A stretch of DNA of 62,984 nt, the filler included, from Asterionella formosa (lineage: Eukaryota): NCBI GenBank assembly GCA_002256025.1. It is 5 parts of 5 records of this genome, joined end to end, with 100 filler letters (N's around TTAATTAATTAA, not from the genome) between each part and the next. Parts side by side here need not be neighbours in the genome. Positions count along the whole stretch, not along the records: positions 1 to 28,612 come from NKIB01001177.1; 4 more parts are not named here. The stretch is one strand, 5' to 3'. Below the pieces are notes generated by a model. The model made no database searches. It was not told where the DNA came from and saw only the letters and a list, made by a program, of their open reading frames with translations. Of the stretch, positions 9,947 through 21,749 are shown one piece after another. A program made the position numbers and the translations under genes. How positions within the stretch are numbered: position 1 is the stretch's first letter; the number at the start of each line of letters is the position of its first letter.

Positions 9947-12707
9947 AGGCTGATTTCAGTCTAAAAGTCTGGATTCACTCTGGTTTTTCAATCCCTTGCC
10001 CCAGGCTCAATTCAATGGATATTTCCTTTCTGAAAAATTAATCTAAATCTGCAGAACTGCAATTTTCTGGAGGTATGCATGGTAGTTAATACACATATAT
10101 AGGGAGAAAAATGCAGGTACATGAGAAGTGTGCCTGCCAAAAAATGAAAAAAGTCTGTGTGAGAGGGAGAGAAAATGAAAAGTGACAATGGGCAAAGATG
10201 CTGTCGTTTCATGCCTTTCCAAGTACATGCACCCATCACTGTGGGTCCCAAAATCATCATGTGAACATTGCAAAAGGTCATAGACTTGAATGAATGACAG
10301 TTCTGCAAAGGATGAGGGATCTCCAGCAAGGAGATGAGAGGTAAAGCGGTGATGGCCATTGTGGTCACAGCTCCTGGGACTGTTGATGGTGCTGATACTA
10401 CTGAGCTGAATGCTCATGAAATTCAATTCAAGATCATTTCTGAAGGTGATCCAGACTGATTTTACTATGGTGAAGGCAATTTCTATGTATGTGAGGAGGC
10501 AGTAGAAGGTGAAGAGATGCCTTCTTCCAAGCTCCTCAAACTTGTCAGTGTACCAGCACAATTTATGATACTGATGAAGTTGCTCTTGCAGCTGGATTTG
10601 TTGATATTGATGATGACAATGCACAAGCACCTGAAGATGTTGTTCATTGTCACATTCCAATGAAGTAATAAACAATTTGTTTGAGAAGAAGTGGCAACAC
10701 TCAGGAATTTGCTACAGGAGACTGATGGGTGCATCAAATAGCAATCCAGGACTTTCATTATTTCCAACTCAGCTGAAGCTTGCTTTCTTCCAATTGTTCG
10801 AATTATTTCTTCCTTCTGAGTTCTTGAAAGATAATGTTTTGTTTATCATTAATCTAAGATAGAGGGCAAACCTGTAACCTTTGGTTAGCTACTCAGATGC
10901 ATTGAAATATGGTTTTAATGGCAACAATACAGGGAACAAAACGGCATGACTTTTTTCAGTTGCACCTACCAACATTTTGGACAATACCTCATTTTGGCTA
11001 AATCACCTCATGTCTCACTCATGATCAAACCTCATGTCTCACTCATGATCAATTTGATGCAACTCTTAATACTATAGGCTACACAATTCAGCCAGAACCT
11101 CAGTATCCTGACGATCGCTTTCCATGAAGTAAGGGAAATGATTGAAGCATGGTGGAATGGAGCAAAACAAGTAAAATAATTTTAAACCACGACACTTTGT
11201 ATGTTTAGATGAGGAATCAATACCTACAGACGAATTTCTAGTCGTGTAAAGAACAGGCAGAGTCTTATTGCATGTCTATATTAAAAGGATCAATGACCTG
11301 CTCAAGATTTCATAGATCTATGAACCATTACAACTAGTGTATACATGAAACTCAGTACAAAAATATATATTGAGATACTTGCTTACATTTTGAGATGTTG
11401 CGTACCCTCTCCGAAAATTCTATTACTCAAGTTTTCTCATCTATTAATAGAAGATAGAAATAGGCAGCTATCTTATAGAAGTTTTCAAGCTAGTCACCGA
11501 TGACTCACTGATGTCTCGTTTTTGCTCGTATCCTCAAAACTGAGAAAGCGACGACAAAGACAACTTCTAGCGGCAATTTGTTGCTATCAATATTGGTGCG
11601 AAAATTTTGTATTGAAGGATTACCTTGACTATGTTAGGCTACGAGATAAACATCCGAAATGGGAATGGTTTATTGACAATTTTCGTGGAGATATTCGGCC
11701 CATTAATTTCGCCATGGTCAAGACAGAGTTGCTGTCTCATTGTCCTCTCCTTCTTACTACAGCAGTACAAATCAAATTTACCTATGCATGTTAAACATTT
11801 ATAATATTCCGGAATAAATATTAGGATCATTTCAACTTCTACCAGAAGTCCTATACATGGACGATATGAAACCATGCAAAGGTTGAGATGGTGCACAACA
11901 TACCGGGGGTACCAGTACCTGGTAGACCTAGTACTCTGCCTTGTTACTAAACTACTCTCCATAGAGCTTTACAGACCATCTTCACATAAGGTAGTAAGTC
12001 CAACATGCACCTGTTGAGCATTGTATAAACATGGTAACATCATCTAGGTATGACATTATATTGTAGCAAGTAGTAGCTTCCATCATGTCATTTAACCAGC
12101 CCCAATAAACTGTAGATTTCAATGATAACAAAAAATTGTTGATACATTTAGATATTCTTTTTAGTTTAAAAAAATTGATTTAGAATTCAGTTAGTAAAAA
12201 TTTCTATCATTGATAGAAATGATTATTGATTTGCTAGATGCTCGGTTTTCGCAAGAAGCTTTTTGCGGAGGCATTCTTGGTATGTGATTCTTATTGCAAA
12301 GAAGTTGTAGAAAAATCGCCTAGAAGGTTGTCACGATTGACCGAAAATGTTGAGCGCAGAGTTTTCCGGCTACCCAAAGGGAAGACATTTTCGGGACAGA
12401 GGTTGTGGATGCTGACAGTTCCCATCTCCAAAGTGCATGTGTAGACTGCAAAAGGAAGATTCGGAGGACACTTTGTATAGTATCTTCCATGGGTTTCTAT
12501 CATTGTGTTGATTGTTATTTAAATCATTCCATGGAAGCAGTATTGAATCCTTCTGGTCCGAATGAGGATTTAAATTTCAATCCTTCCTCTTAACATATAT
12601 AGCCCATTTATTCCGGAGAAAAAGCTTTATCCAAAGATGTATTTAAAGTTAAAGGAAGAATGTAAAGATTTTCATATTGGGCCTCAAAGGGAAACTGATA
12701 TCAGCCT
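9947..12707 (+). mobile_element. Decayed piggyBac-like transposon (transposase pseudogene)
   Basis: Frame-broken plus-strand translation gives WQHSGICYRR...FELFLPSEFLKDNVL...PVTFG.LLR...MATIQG, HEVREMIEAW...FVCLDE, and a C-terminal Cys-rich CVDCKRKIR...HCVDCYLNH near 12430-12530. A 14-bp imperfect inverted repeat sits at 9947-9960 and 12694-12707. No intact TTAA ends were seen. Confidence 0.7.
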
Positions 12708-13169
12708 GTCGAGCCAGAAAGGACCCGGTAGTACACGTACGCACCACAATATGCACTCTTCCACCCTTGTTACCAGGTACAACGACTGACAAAAGTTACT
12801 CAATGTTGGTACCCTAGTAGCCACTCAGTAGTACTAGTACCGGAGTACCAGGTATGGAGTAATAGCCTAGCTATGCAGCCATCATAGAATAGTAGCTACA
12901 TACCCGGTAGTAGTACTAGTGTACAGTATTTTGCAGTTTTGTGGTCTCACAGTAAAATGTTTAAACCAGACCAAGAAGCCAATACCTTGCATGAGATACC
13001 AGTGGTGCCTCACAATGACAACCATACTTCTGGTGTCTTTGTCCCAGAACTCTCATCAATAGTTCCGGCTCAAGAAGCTGTGGCACCACCACCACCACCA
13101 CAACAGGCATGTAAGTGAAAGTGAACATCCCATTTAAGTACACTTATTTTATACTTTAATTGGAGATTC

Positions 13170-13680
13170 AAGATTTATTACATACATGATGAATTTCTCA
13201 GTTGGCCTTATTTTTTAACACACCAACATGTATCATCATTTGGAGTAGAGTTGTTGCATGTTCCTTGCATTTGACTTGAAGGGAGGAGATTGCCTTGCGC
13301 AATTTTGTATTTTGTTCTGAAATGAGAATCATCAAACTTATCATTTGCTTCATCTTGAACTTCAGATCAGAGCAGCTGATCCTTTATGTCAAGAAATTGC
13401 TTATAATACTAGCCAGAGAGTATATCCTCGAACCCTGGAAATCTTCTAACAAAAGCGCGAAATCCCTGCATATTAGCCTCATCATTCAATAGGAAATATT
13501 GTTCTTATATCGCCTCATACACTTTTTGGAAATATTTATTTTTTGGGAGACGCAATTGTTGGGTTCGACTCCCACATACTCTCGCCTTACCGTCCCGCAC
13601 AGTTTTGCCTGGGGTGCAAGAAATAGTGGGTAGCCTCTTTGTAAGCAGCTTGTACGGCCTTTCTAGGCTCTCGGAGTTCC
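13170..13680 (-). mobile_element. Decayed dispersed repeat, probable DNA-transposase remnant (second copy at ~54420-55100)
   Basis: Shares GCAATTGTTGGGTTCGACTCCCACA...CAAGAAATAGTGGGT...AAGCAGCTTGT with 54965-55060. Many stop codons. Confidence 0.5.
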
Positions 13681-13705
13681 ATTGTTGCTTTGCTGGTGGG
13701 GTTGC

Positions 13706-14760
13706 TTGTCTTGGTTTCTAATCTCGCAAAGACGTCTTTCCTCGACTCATAGGATTCGTTGCCATTTATTTTATCACCCTACCTGATCTCGAAATAACAA
13801 GAATCCATGGTACCATTCATGATATTCATGAGTTGAATGAGCATCATACATTTTCTGATTGACATTTTTTAAGAGTCGGTCTGCAGGATTCTTCAAATTA
13901 TTCACAATTTGTCAAATGAAATGATGTTTCACATTAATGTGCATACTACTACTAGTTTGTGATTCAACCTGTTGATTCTTTGATGAAAATAAGCAATGAC
14001 AATGGTAGGCATCTCCACTTATTCAACATCATTGAGTAGATTCATTTGAAGAGAAATTTCCTTTGATCCAGCCATCTAACAGAGGAGCCACATACCCCTC
14101 TGCCATTGTGCTGGAGACAGTGATAACCTTTTGTCCTTTCGAAAAATCCAATTTACCAGGGATGCACCACCAATTGAACCTTACTATGCACTTGTCAATT
14201 TCATGGCATCTGGATTATTACCAAATGTACTGTCTGCAATATCTTGAACTTGCTATTAATGTGATGGTCTTCCTTTAAAGAACTCTCTGTTTCTTTATCA
14301 AATGCAATGCATCCTAAGAAATGTGTTTAACAGCAGCACTCCAATGGGACTCTCCTCCATTCTCTAAATTCTATTTCCTTTCAATTCTTTTGCACCTGCT
14401 GCATTGTTCTTGGATCAACTGCCTTGTGTCCTGCCTTGTTTTCCACTATTCTTGAATACAACCATGTTGTTGTGCATTTACCACCGTTTGCATATAAAGA
14501 AGCAATCTTGTTTGGATTTGCATCCTTGAAAACTCAAATCTTATAATGTAATAGTGCCCATTCCTTCAATAACATTAATAGCTTCACTGTACTTTTAGGA
14601 AACTTATTCATCAGCTATGTGAGCAATAATTTTGACCTCTTTCATTTCAAATGGTGACTTATTGATTTGATGCAGCCATCCTGTTCCTGATGCCATTGGA
14701 GACAATGAACCATTCATCTTGGTCTGCTTTGGTATTTTCCAAAGTTCATTCATTGAATTC
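13706..14760 (-). mobile_element. Highly decayed Ty1/Copia RT-RNase H fragment with start of the 3' LTR
   Basis: Colinear similarity to 60036-61000, e.g. TTTTATCACCCT.CCTGATCTCGAAA and CTTCTGTCCTTTCGAAA-like segments. Many stops and frameshifts. Confidence 0.8.
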
Positions 14761-15326
14761 ACCCATTAGCTGAGTTACATCTGTAACTTGATGAGGAGCA
14801 TGGTGATTATTCAAATATTCCCAAGCAAGGAAAGCATCTCCATCAATGGGAATGGCTACCTTGGGAGTACCTGTTTGTACCAGGTACTAGTAGGTACAGT
14901 ACAACAACTCCTACCGTCCAATATCTACTACCTACCGGTGATAGATTCCCAGTACACATTCTACTTCGTATTCACTCCATCTAATAACGTTTTCGTTGCT
15001 GTCAGTGAAACGAGTGACATTTACAGGCCATCAATCAAGCAGAGAGGGTTCTCTTCTTGTTTCGGGTCAATTTGTGAGACGACCACTCTGCCTATGTTAC
15101 GACTTCTATACCGGCACCTATTATTCACAATTGTTCACTGATTAGACTGATTGTCCTGCATTTGATACTTATTATCAGCAGGCTACCGGTATAAAGGATT
15201 TATTTACGTAGGCATGTGATGAATTGATCCACCACTTTTTACTTCATTTCACTTTATATTGCTCATTCGTTCAATTGCCAAATTAATAGTATTATTTGTT
15301 ATTGCTAGACAAGGGATGCTCTACTG

Positions 15327-16409
15327 ATGATCCGACAGAAAATGTTCACTCGACCCTTAGCCACTGACCACGAGACTGTTCCTACTACTACAACACGAGG
15401 CTACCTAGTTCATTGGGATACAAACCCCACGTCAGAGGGATTAGGGTCGCACTGCAGAGGGTCGCTCTTTCCATTACTTCATATTGCTATTCGTGTCGGG
15501 GATGGATTCCTTCCGATTTGGAGGACAGAAAATGCATCATGGCAAAATAATCTAGCAAGAGACTACTCCATGCTGGATATTGGACATTGTTTTGGATTGG
15601 AGAAACGGTCCTTCGAGGACAAGGATGATGATTGTCTTATTCTGGAAATTCATACCTGGACTGATAAACAGATTGGTAGCTGCTGTGGTGACGCTCATCT
15701 TTTGGCAGAATCGATTCACAATTATCTACAACGGATGAAGCAGCACAACGACGAAACAGCATTTAAACAAAGACCTATTGTAATCTACCTAAATGGGCCA
15801 CTCAAATATATGAATCCCTCTGCTGAAGTATACCAGTGGCTACAACAAAAATGTCGTATGTGGTGCAATAACAACAAGAATAACCAGTCGTCATCGGTTC
15901 TTCGTGTTGCGGCTCATGTCCGTGTCCCGGAAGACTTTTGTGGAGCCGGATGGAAGGAGGATAATTCAATAAAACGATTGACACATGGTTTGCAGAAATT
16001 ACAGGGACTACTGAACGATCATAATTGGGAACTTAACGTTTATACAGAAGCAAGTTTCCGCAACGAAGATGAAGTTACATTGAAGAACGTGATTGGCCAT
16101 GTTCATGTGCATCGAGGCAGTACGGAGACGCTTCTATCTGATATGAAAGAAATGGCTACCGCCGATTTATTTCTTCCATCAGCAAGTCATTTGAGTGCCT
16201 TGGTGGGATACCTTTCAACAGGAGGAATTATCTTGACGTTGGCATCTAGATTGGAATATTTTCAATGTCATGCCGACTTGGGCAGTCATGTTGTGGATGT
16301 TAACGATCAGGAAAAACTGCGCGCTTTGGTTCAAATGGTGACAGGCAAGAAGCAAATGAAGAAAGATGACAGTCAAGGTCATGCTAGCTCACCGAGGATC
16401 ATGGGATAA
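15327..16409 (+). CDS. Fucosyltransferase-like (GT-B, GT11/GT23-like) protein (360 aa)
   Basis: Intact ORF with an N-terminal EGLGSH, VAAHVRVPED (cf. VHVRRGD) and DMKEMATADLFLPSASHLSALVGYLS (cf. D...ADxFIxSxSxFS). Confidence 0.6.
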   Translation: MIRQKMFTRPLATDHETVPTTTTRGYLVHWDTNPTSEGLGSHCRGSLFPLLHIAIRVGDGFLPIWRTENASWQNNLARDYSMLDIGHCFGLEKRSFEDKDDDCLILEIHTWTDKQIGSCCGDAHLLAESIHNYLQRMKQHNDETAFKQRPIVIYLNGPLKYMNPSAEVYQWLQQKCRMWCNNNKNNQSSSVLRVAAHVRVPEDFCGAGWKEDNSIKRLTHGLQKLQGLLNDHNWELNVYTEASFRNEDEVTLKNVIGHVHVHRGSTETLLSDMKEMATADLFLPSASHLSALVGYLSTGGIILTLASRLEYFQCHADLGSHVVDVNDQEKLRALVQMVTGKKQMKKDDSQGHASSPRIMG

Positions 16410-16629
16410 CTGAAGCCGAAAACAGCAGAAAAGTTAGTACTGTCAGCTAGTGTTAATGCCAACAACCTGGAATAAGAAATTTAGGGCCATCGAATTATTT
16501 TACCTGCAATCCATTCATGTCTCACTATTGGCACTTGTTTCCATGATACGATTTCGTGTGTCTTAGCTTTTCCGTGTTCCGCCATGCCTACTAAATACAA
16601 CATACATAGCTAGCACTATTATCCGTGAG

Positions 16630-17430
16630 GACCATACCTAGTACCTGGTACCCTGGTACTATGTCTTAAGCGAAGACTGTCATCAAGAGGTACCGGTACA
16701 ATAGTATGTAGCTCAAACGGATGTAGCCACAATCTGACTACCTGGGTACCTGGTACCAGGTACCAGGTACCAGGTAATACCATGATGTGGTCAGATTGAA
16801 TGGCAACCTTCATACCGGTATTATGGTGGGACGAACAAGGATGTTTGTTTGTGATGTTGATACTTCCTCGTGTTACGCCATCATAGTTACCGGTAGACTA
16901 CGATATATCTGCGTTTATACCGGTATAGACAACTACTATACATGTGCATCCAATGCTGCACGATTGAGTGCCGGTATCATACCGGTAACTACCGGTATAT
17001 TGCTCATTACTTTTATGTTACGACCTGGTAGACTACTGGTACCAGTATGGTACCAGGTGCTGGTACCTGGTACCTGGTACCAACCATGGTTGCTACTCTT
17101 GTATGGTTACCGGTTGGGAGTAGTGTATACATACGGGATAGCTACCTGGTACCAGTACCAGGTACCTATTAATTTTAAACATACGACCACGCTGATTTAT
17201 CAAACTGCCAGGTAGACACAACATAAACCAGGTACCAGGTATACTGTTACTTGGTACTAGGGGACCAGGTTACCGTTAGCATGTACCGTGACAATGTGTT
17301 GTACCAGGTGCCTCAACATATACTGTAATGTATGTATCATGACTGAGCTATGATTAAAGGTCTACCGGTAGGCGTTATGATTATGTGTGTACCGCTACTG
17401 GTACTTCAGGTTGAAGTAGATTACCGGTAG
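16630..17430. repeat. (GGTACCW)n / TACCGGTA array
   Basis: Numerous GGTACCAGGTACCAGGTACC and ACCGGTA units upstream of the 17714 gene. Confidence 0.9.
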
Positions 17431-17713
17431 GTGTCGTAGAGATCATGTGTATGCCTATGTTGTGATATATATTATGCAATAGCAAACTCAGTTCACGATT
17501 CAATTTCAAGTCGTTGATGTTGTTGAAAGACCATCACTGCTCACAGGACCACCCCTTTTGAATCCTTCGTTACCGACATTTGCGATACAAGGAAAGAAAA
17601 CGGTATTTGCTCTCCAATCATCCATTACATCAGTGTAGTTGTATTGGCTCATAATTTGTTCGAAGAAACGAACAACAGCAGAGCGGATCAAATCAACTAA
17701 CCAGCCAGTAGCC

Positions 17714-18766
17714 ATGCAATTGTCAATTAGGTTCCTAGTTTCATCACTCATACTTCTCATTGCTTCCTCCAGCGCCTGGGAGATGGACATGCGCTGTTAT
17801 TCTCGTCGATTACAACATTATGAGGAAGTGCAAGATAGCGCTGGTGGAGTCGAACTGTTCAACGAAAAAAGAAATGAACAAATCGACTCGGTCACGAATC
17901 TGGGTGGTACTTTTGAAGAAGAATATTCTTCTCGATTACTAGTAACGTCTCGAAATCTTCGAGGCACACAAGAAGAACCAAAGCCTTACAATCAACGCTC
18001 ACTTCAGTATTCGGCCTTTCAAATAAAAATGTACTGGAAAGCAGGATATTGTTGGCAGGAGGAGTGGATCGAACGTGATTGGTGTATGGAGTGCGAGGGA
18101 GGCTCATGTGTGAGTGGAAGAAGATTGAGAGTAGAGTTTTGTAACGCTACAAAGGCTATTCAGAAGTTCCAGTACGTTCCTGTTCTTTGGGGCACTGGAG
18201 GTCAAATCAAGGTTGCTAGCAGTGCCAACAATCTTTGTTTGGATCGCAATTCAACGACGGGAACCATTCTGCTCGCCCCATGTCAAAGCAGTTTGTCCAG
18301 ACAACAGTTTCTTGGTTTTCAAACCAATGGCACCAAGTTTGAATTGAATCCCAAGAGTCGTACAGACTTGTGTCTCACCAATGATCACCATCATCCCAAG
18401 GCCGGAGAGATTGTTTACGCTACGTCATGTACTGCAGTCCGCAAAATTCATACTAACGAATGGAGTATCTATCATGGAGGGTCATATTCCAATCCATTCA
18501 CTGCTTCTGATTTGACGAATTTGAAGATACGTTATAGCTCAGCCCCATGCAGTATCTCAAGTCCTTGTGACATGTGTGAAGGTGATTGCAATAGTGATGC
18601 TGATTGCAAGAAGCAGGGCACCAGCAACTTGAAATGCTTCTTGTTGCGTACCGGTAATAGCACGACTACAAATGGCACAGTTTTACCAATACGTGTTGTC
18701 CCAGGGTGTTATGGCACTAAGGAAGTGACTACAGACTACTGTTACCAACCAACCATTGCCCATTGA
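17714..18766 (+). CDS. Secreted protein with ricin-B-like lectin domain and C-terminal frustulin-type ACR domain
   Basis: Signal peptide MQLSIRFLVSSLILLIASSSA. RxL motifs (RRL, RNL, RSL). Cys-patterned beta-trefoil-like region (LCLDR, LCLT, Q.F). C-terminal CDMCEGDCNSDADC...LKCF..R...VPGC.G....DYC matches the frustulin ACR consensus. Confidence 0.85.
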   Translation: MQLSIRFLVSSLILLIASSSAWEMDMRCYSRRLQHYEEVQDSAGGVELFNEKRNEQIDSVTNLGGTFEEEYSSRLLVTSRNLRGTQEEPKPYNQRSLQYSAFQIKMYWKAGYCWQEEWIERDWCMECEGGSCVSGRRLRVEFCNATKAIQKFQYVPVLWGTGGQIKVASSANNLCLDRNSTTGTILLAPCQSSLSRQQFLGFQTNGTKFELNPKSRTDLCLTNDHHHPKAGEIVYATSCTAVRKIHTNEWSIYHGGSYSNPFTASDLTNLKIRYSSAPCSISSPCDMCEGDCNSDADCKKQGTSNLKCFLLRTGNSTTTNGTVLPIRVVPGCYGTKEVTTDYCYQPTIAH

Positions 18767-19399
18767 ACATCCTTTTTGTTGTGTCGATGATCAACCTATC
18801 ATCTGTCAACAACATTGATCCTAGTATTCGTATATGTAGTGGAGCAAGTGTAATAAATATAGTTTCTACCAGACAATGGTACCGGTACTGTATTCATCGA
18901 CAAGGGTACTATTAGACTAGTTTACTATTACTAGACTATAAATCATAGCTCAGGAGTAATAGACTACCGCAGACTCTATAGCACCAATTATTGTTTGAAA
19001 GATTTGCTCTCCAAAATACACTACAAATAGCATAAACTGATGTACTTCACATACTAATTTTTCATTATATTATATACACTACACTGTTAACATATTATGT
19101 ATAGTTCCGCAAACGTGGAAATTGAAAACACATACTGAGTTACTACAGATTCAGGTGTACCAGGAGCCTACAGGTCCATCATTTTATTTTTCGAATTTCC
19201 GACATTGTTTGATTGTGGCAAACAAATCAAATTCTAACTTAAAAAGTGTGGTCTTGTGTGAAGACCCAGCTGTCCTTGACCCTGCTCGATGTCTTACCTG
19301 CCAATCCTGCCAATCGACCATGTCATAAATTTCTTTTGTGTCCCACCCAGTCTTAGCTATAATATACTTTTCGGTCGATTCGTGGTAACTAGCCTCTCC

Positions 19400-20495
19400 A
19401 ATAGCCAAGGGATGGTGACCTGTTATCCATGTTTTCTGTACACATAAGGATGCCCTATGACCTGGTGGGGGAGCATACTACTTGATCATACACGAGTTGT
19501 GGCAACAGGGACAGGTCCTTACCTGGTTTGTCAAAGCATCCACATGCATCACAGTTGAGTTTCGCCTCTCATGGCAATTTGTTATATGCTATATCTGAGG
19601 CTTGGTGGGATTTGATGAGATGTGGATGGAGCTTAATATTGTTTTTCTGGACAAGGCAGATGGCTACCTGAAGGAGATCATAATCAGGAGTAAGAGTTTG
19701 AGAGGGTCCTCTGTTCTTCCATTTTTGGATTCATGATATGAGAGCTTTTAGTGTCAAGATATACCTTCAAACTTTGTATGGGAATTGTGCCTTCTCCCAA
19801 AGTGGTTGTGGACAGCAATGTGTCTACTGCTACTAAGCCCCCAAGGAGACCTCTGATCTCCAGATGGAGGGAAGACATAGTGGTGCCTCCACTTGTGACC
19901 ACTCTGTGACCCCATGCACTTGTGCCATCTTGCCTACAGAAAAGCTTCCATCCCTTAGTGGCATCGTGTTGTCCCTGTAAGGATCCGTTGGAAGCCAACA
20001 CAACCTGCCCTTCTGCTGCTACTGCCTTGTTCTGAAATGTCCCCACCTGGGGAGGGAAGGTGAAATCTCTGAGCGCAGTGTGGAGGACCAGATGCAGAGC
20101 TGAGACATACTCATTGAAAGTGGGTAATCTCTTCATATGTGGGGCATCTGTATCTGCCTTTGAAGGGATCACCTGAGGAAGACCGGAGATTTCCAAGATT
20201 GTTGTAGTTCAGGAAGAAAAAATTACAGGAGACAACTGTGATGGGCATGAGAACGCAATGCAACTTGATGTTTGGAAGGTTTGGAGAGTATGACCTTGCG
20301 AGTAGATTCGATATAAGCCGCCTTCTGTCTGTTCAACTAAGCGATGTTTTGTCATATCCAAGTGAAAAGTCCAATGCTGGTGCATAGGTTTTGACAACCA
20401 ATTCCCCAGTGGAATACGAAGTCTCCCAGTTAGGGTTAGGGTTAGGGTGTCCATCCTTTTTGAATTAAATGAGACATCTCGTCTATGTTGTTTCC
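19400..20495 (-). mobile_element. Decayed non-LTR retrotransposon fragment (RNase H-like region)
   Basis: GRLRIPLGNW followed by VVLASNGS...GW...MSSLHLEIRGLLGGL...KVYLDTKS, resembling the RNase H domain of diatom LINEs, with degenerate catalytic residues. Confidence 0.65.
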
Positions 20496-21120
20496 GCTGA
20501 GCCTTAAAACTCAATCTCATATTGCCGATTCTCTGCAGTGCGATCTTCTTCTGTTGTTGCAATGCTCACTTGCATTCTTGGCTTCCATGCCAATGTGTTA
20601 ATTGGTTCTAACAACTTGAGCGCAGTTCCTATGTCATTGCCATAGTCGAACACTTTCTTGATGTAGTTGATGAGGTACTCAGTAGTGTTCTCATAATCAG
20701 ATGCCTGCTTTGCTGATCCAAGGTAGTAATTATAGTCATTAAATGACTTCTTGATGGTGTGAGAAGTAATATTACTTCCTCCCTTGGCTTGAAACTTGCC
20801 CTTGGCCTGAGCCTTCTTGGTAAACTTTCCTTTGCCACTCATGATGTGGCTTATGCAACTTCTTCCGACTTTGGATGGTCTGGTAGTACCCTCAAATCTA
20901 GTCTCCGGACTCTTCACGGTCCACCTGTTGTTGATTGTGATATTACTGCTCTTCCTGGCCGGCTAATTCTACTAAAACTGTTGAAATTGCGTCCCGAAGC
21001 CCTCTATTGCTTTCTTGTATCCTGTAAGGACACGTCAGGGACCAAATAGGCTGTAGATATGAACAACGATGTTGCAGTAATCGATTGTAATCGTTCCTAA
21101 GAGTTTTAGTAGAATTATGT
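20496..21120 (-). mobile_element. Ty1/Copia (CoDi-like) 5' fragment: R-U5 of LTR, leader and gag N-terminus
   Basis: MSGKGK...YYLGSAKQASDYENTTEYLINYIKKVFDYGNDIGTAL...ENRQYEIEF(KA) resembles diatom Copia gag. The putative LTR end reads TTTCAACA on the minus strand at 20979. Confidence 0.75.
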
Positions 21121-21169
21121 GTTTTACTGGCAATAGTAGCTACCGGTACTGATTTTACAAACCAGTATT

Positions 21170-21330
21170 CAGTACATCTAATACGTGTGGTTCAAGTGTG
21201 GCTGGCGAGATCTTACAAGACCGGGATACTCCAGCGAATCTAGAGCAGGTGAATAAATTCAATTCAACCAATCAGAATATGTGTAGTGACGCAGGAACAT
21301 ACCCTGGAGTCTTTTCGGACTGAGAATTAT
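21170..21330. repeat. Dispersed repeat / TIR end (inverted copy at 59306-59459)
   Basis: About 155 bp are homologous to the reverse complement of 59306-59459. The terminus CAGT(A/G)CATC(T/C)AATAC, TA-flanked in the 59k copy, suggests a Tc1/mariner-type end. Confidence 0.7.
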
Positions 21331-21749
21331 TGAGCGAAACATACCTACGCAAGACTCTAAGTATACGAGAACGTTTTTGCACATACAAATTCTGATTCCA
21401 ATATTTTGGCGACTGTTGAAAAAGCCGATTGGGTCGACTTTTTGGAGAAGGATTGCTCTACATCTACGGGGTCTCATGGTTACAACTATCAGTGGTTCAT
21501 TCGCCCCTACCCACCATGATGCTCCAATTGTGAATGTGCATGCCGTACAAGTTGAGCTCTTTAGTTATGGAATCTGTCCTTATCACGCAGACATTCAGCT
21601 TTTCAATGCGATCATGAACGAATGAACACCGAAATGCTAATGTATCAATCAGGGAAAAATCAATAAAGAAGAACATAAAACATACACGTAAATTCCAAGT
21701 CGAAGTTAAACAATATATCAGTTTCATAATTACAATCATAAATACTAAT

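Noticed and set aside
11005..11052. Exact 24-bp tandem duplication
   Set aside because: Ordinary slippage inside a dead transposase.
13555..13580. tRNA T-arm-like GGGTTCGACTCCCAC (also at 54970-54990)
   Set aside because: No D-arm, anticodon arm or acceptor stem can be built. It lies inside a longer two-copy decayed repeat.
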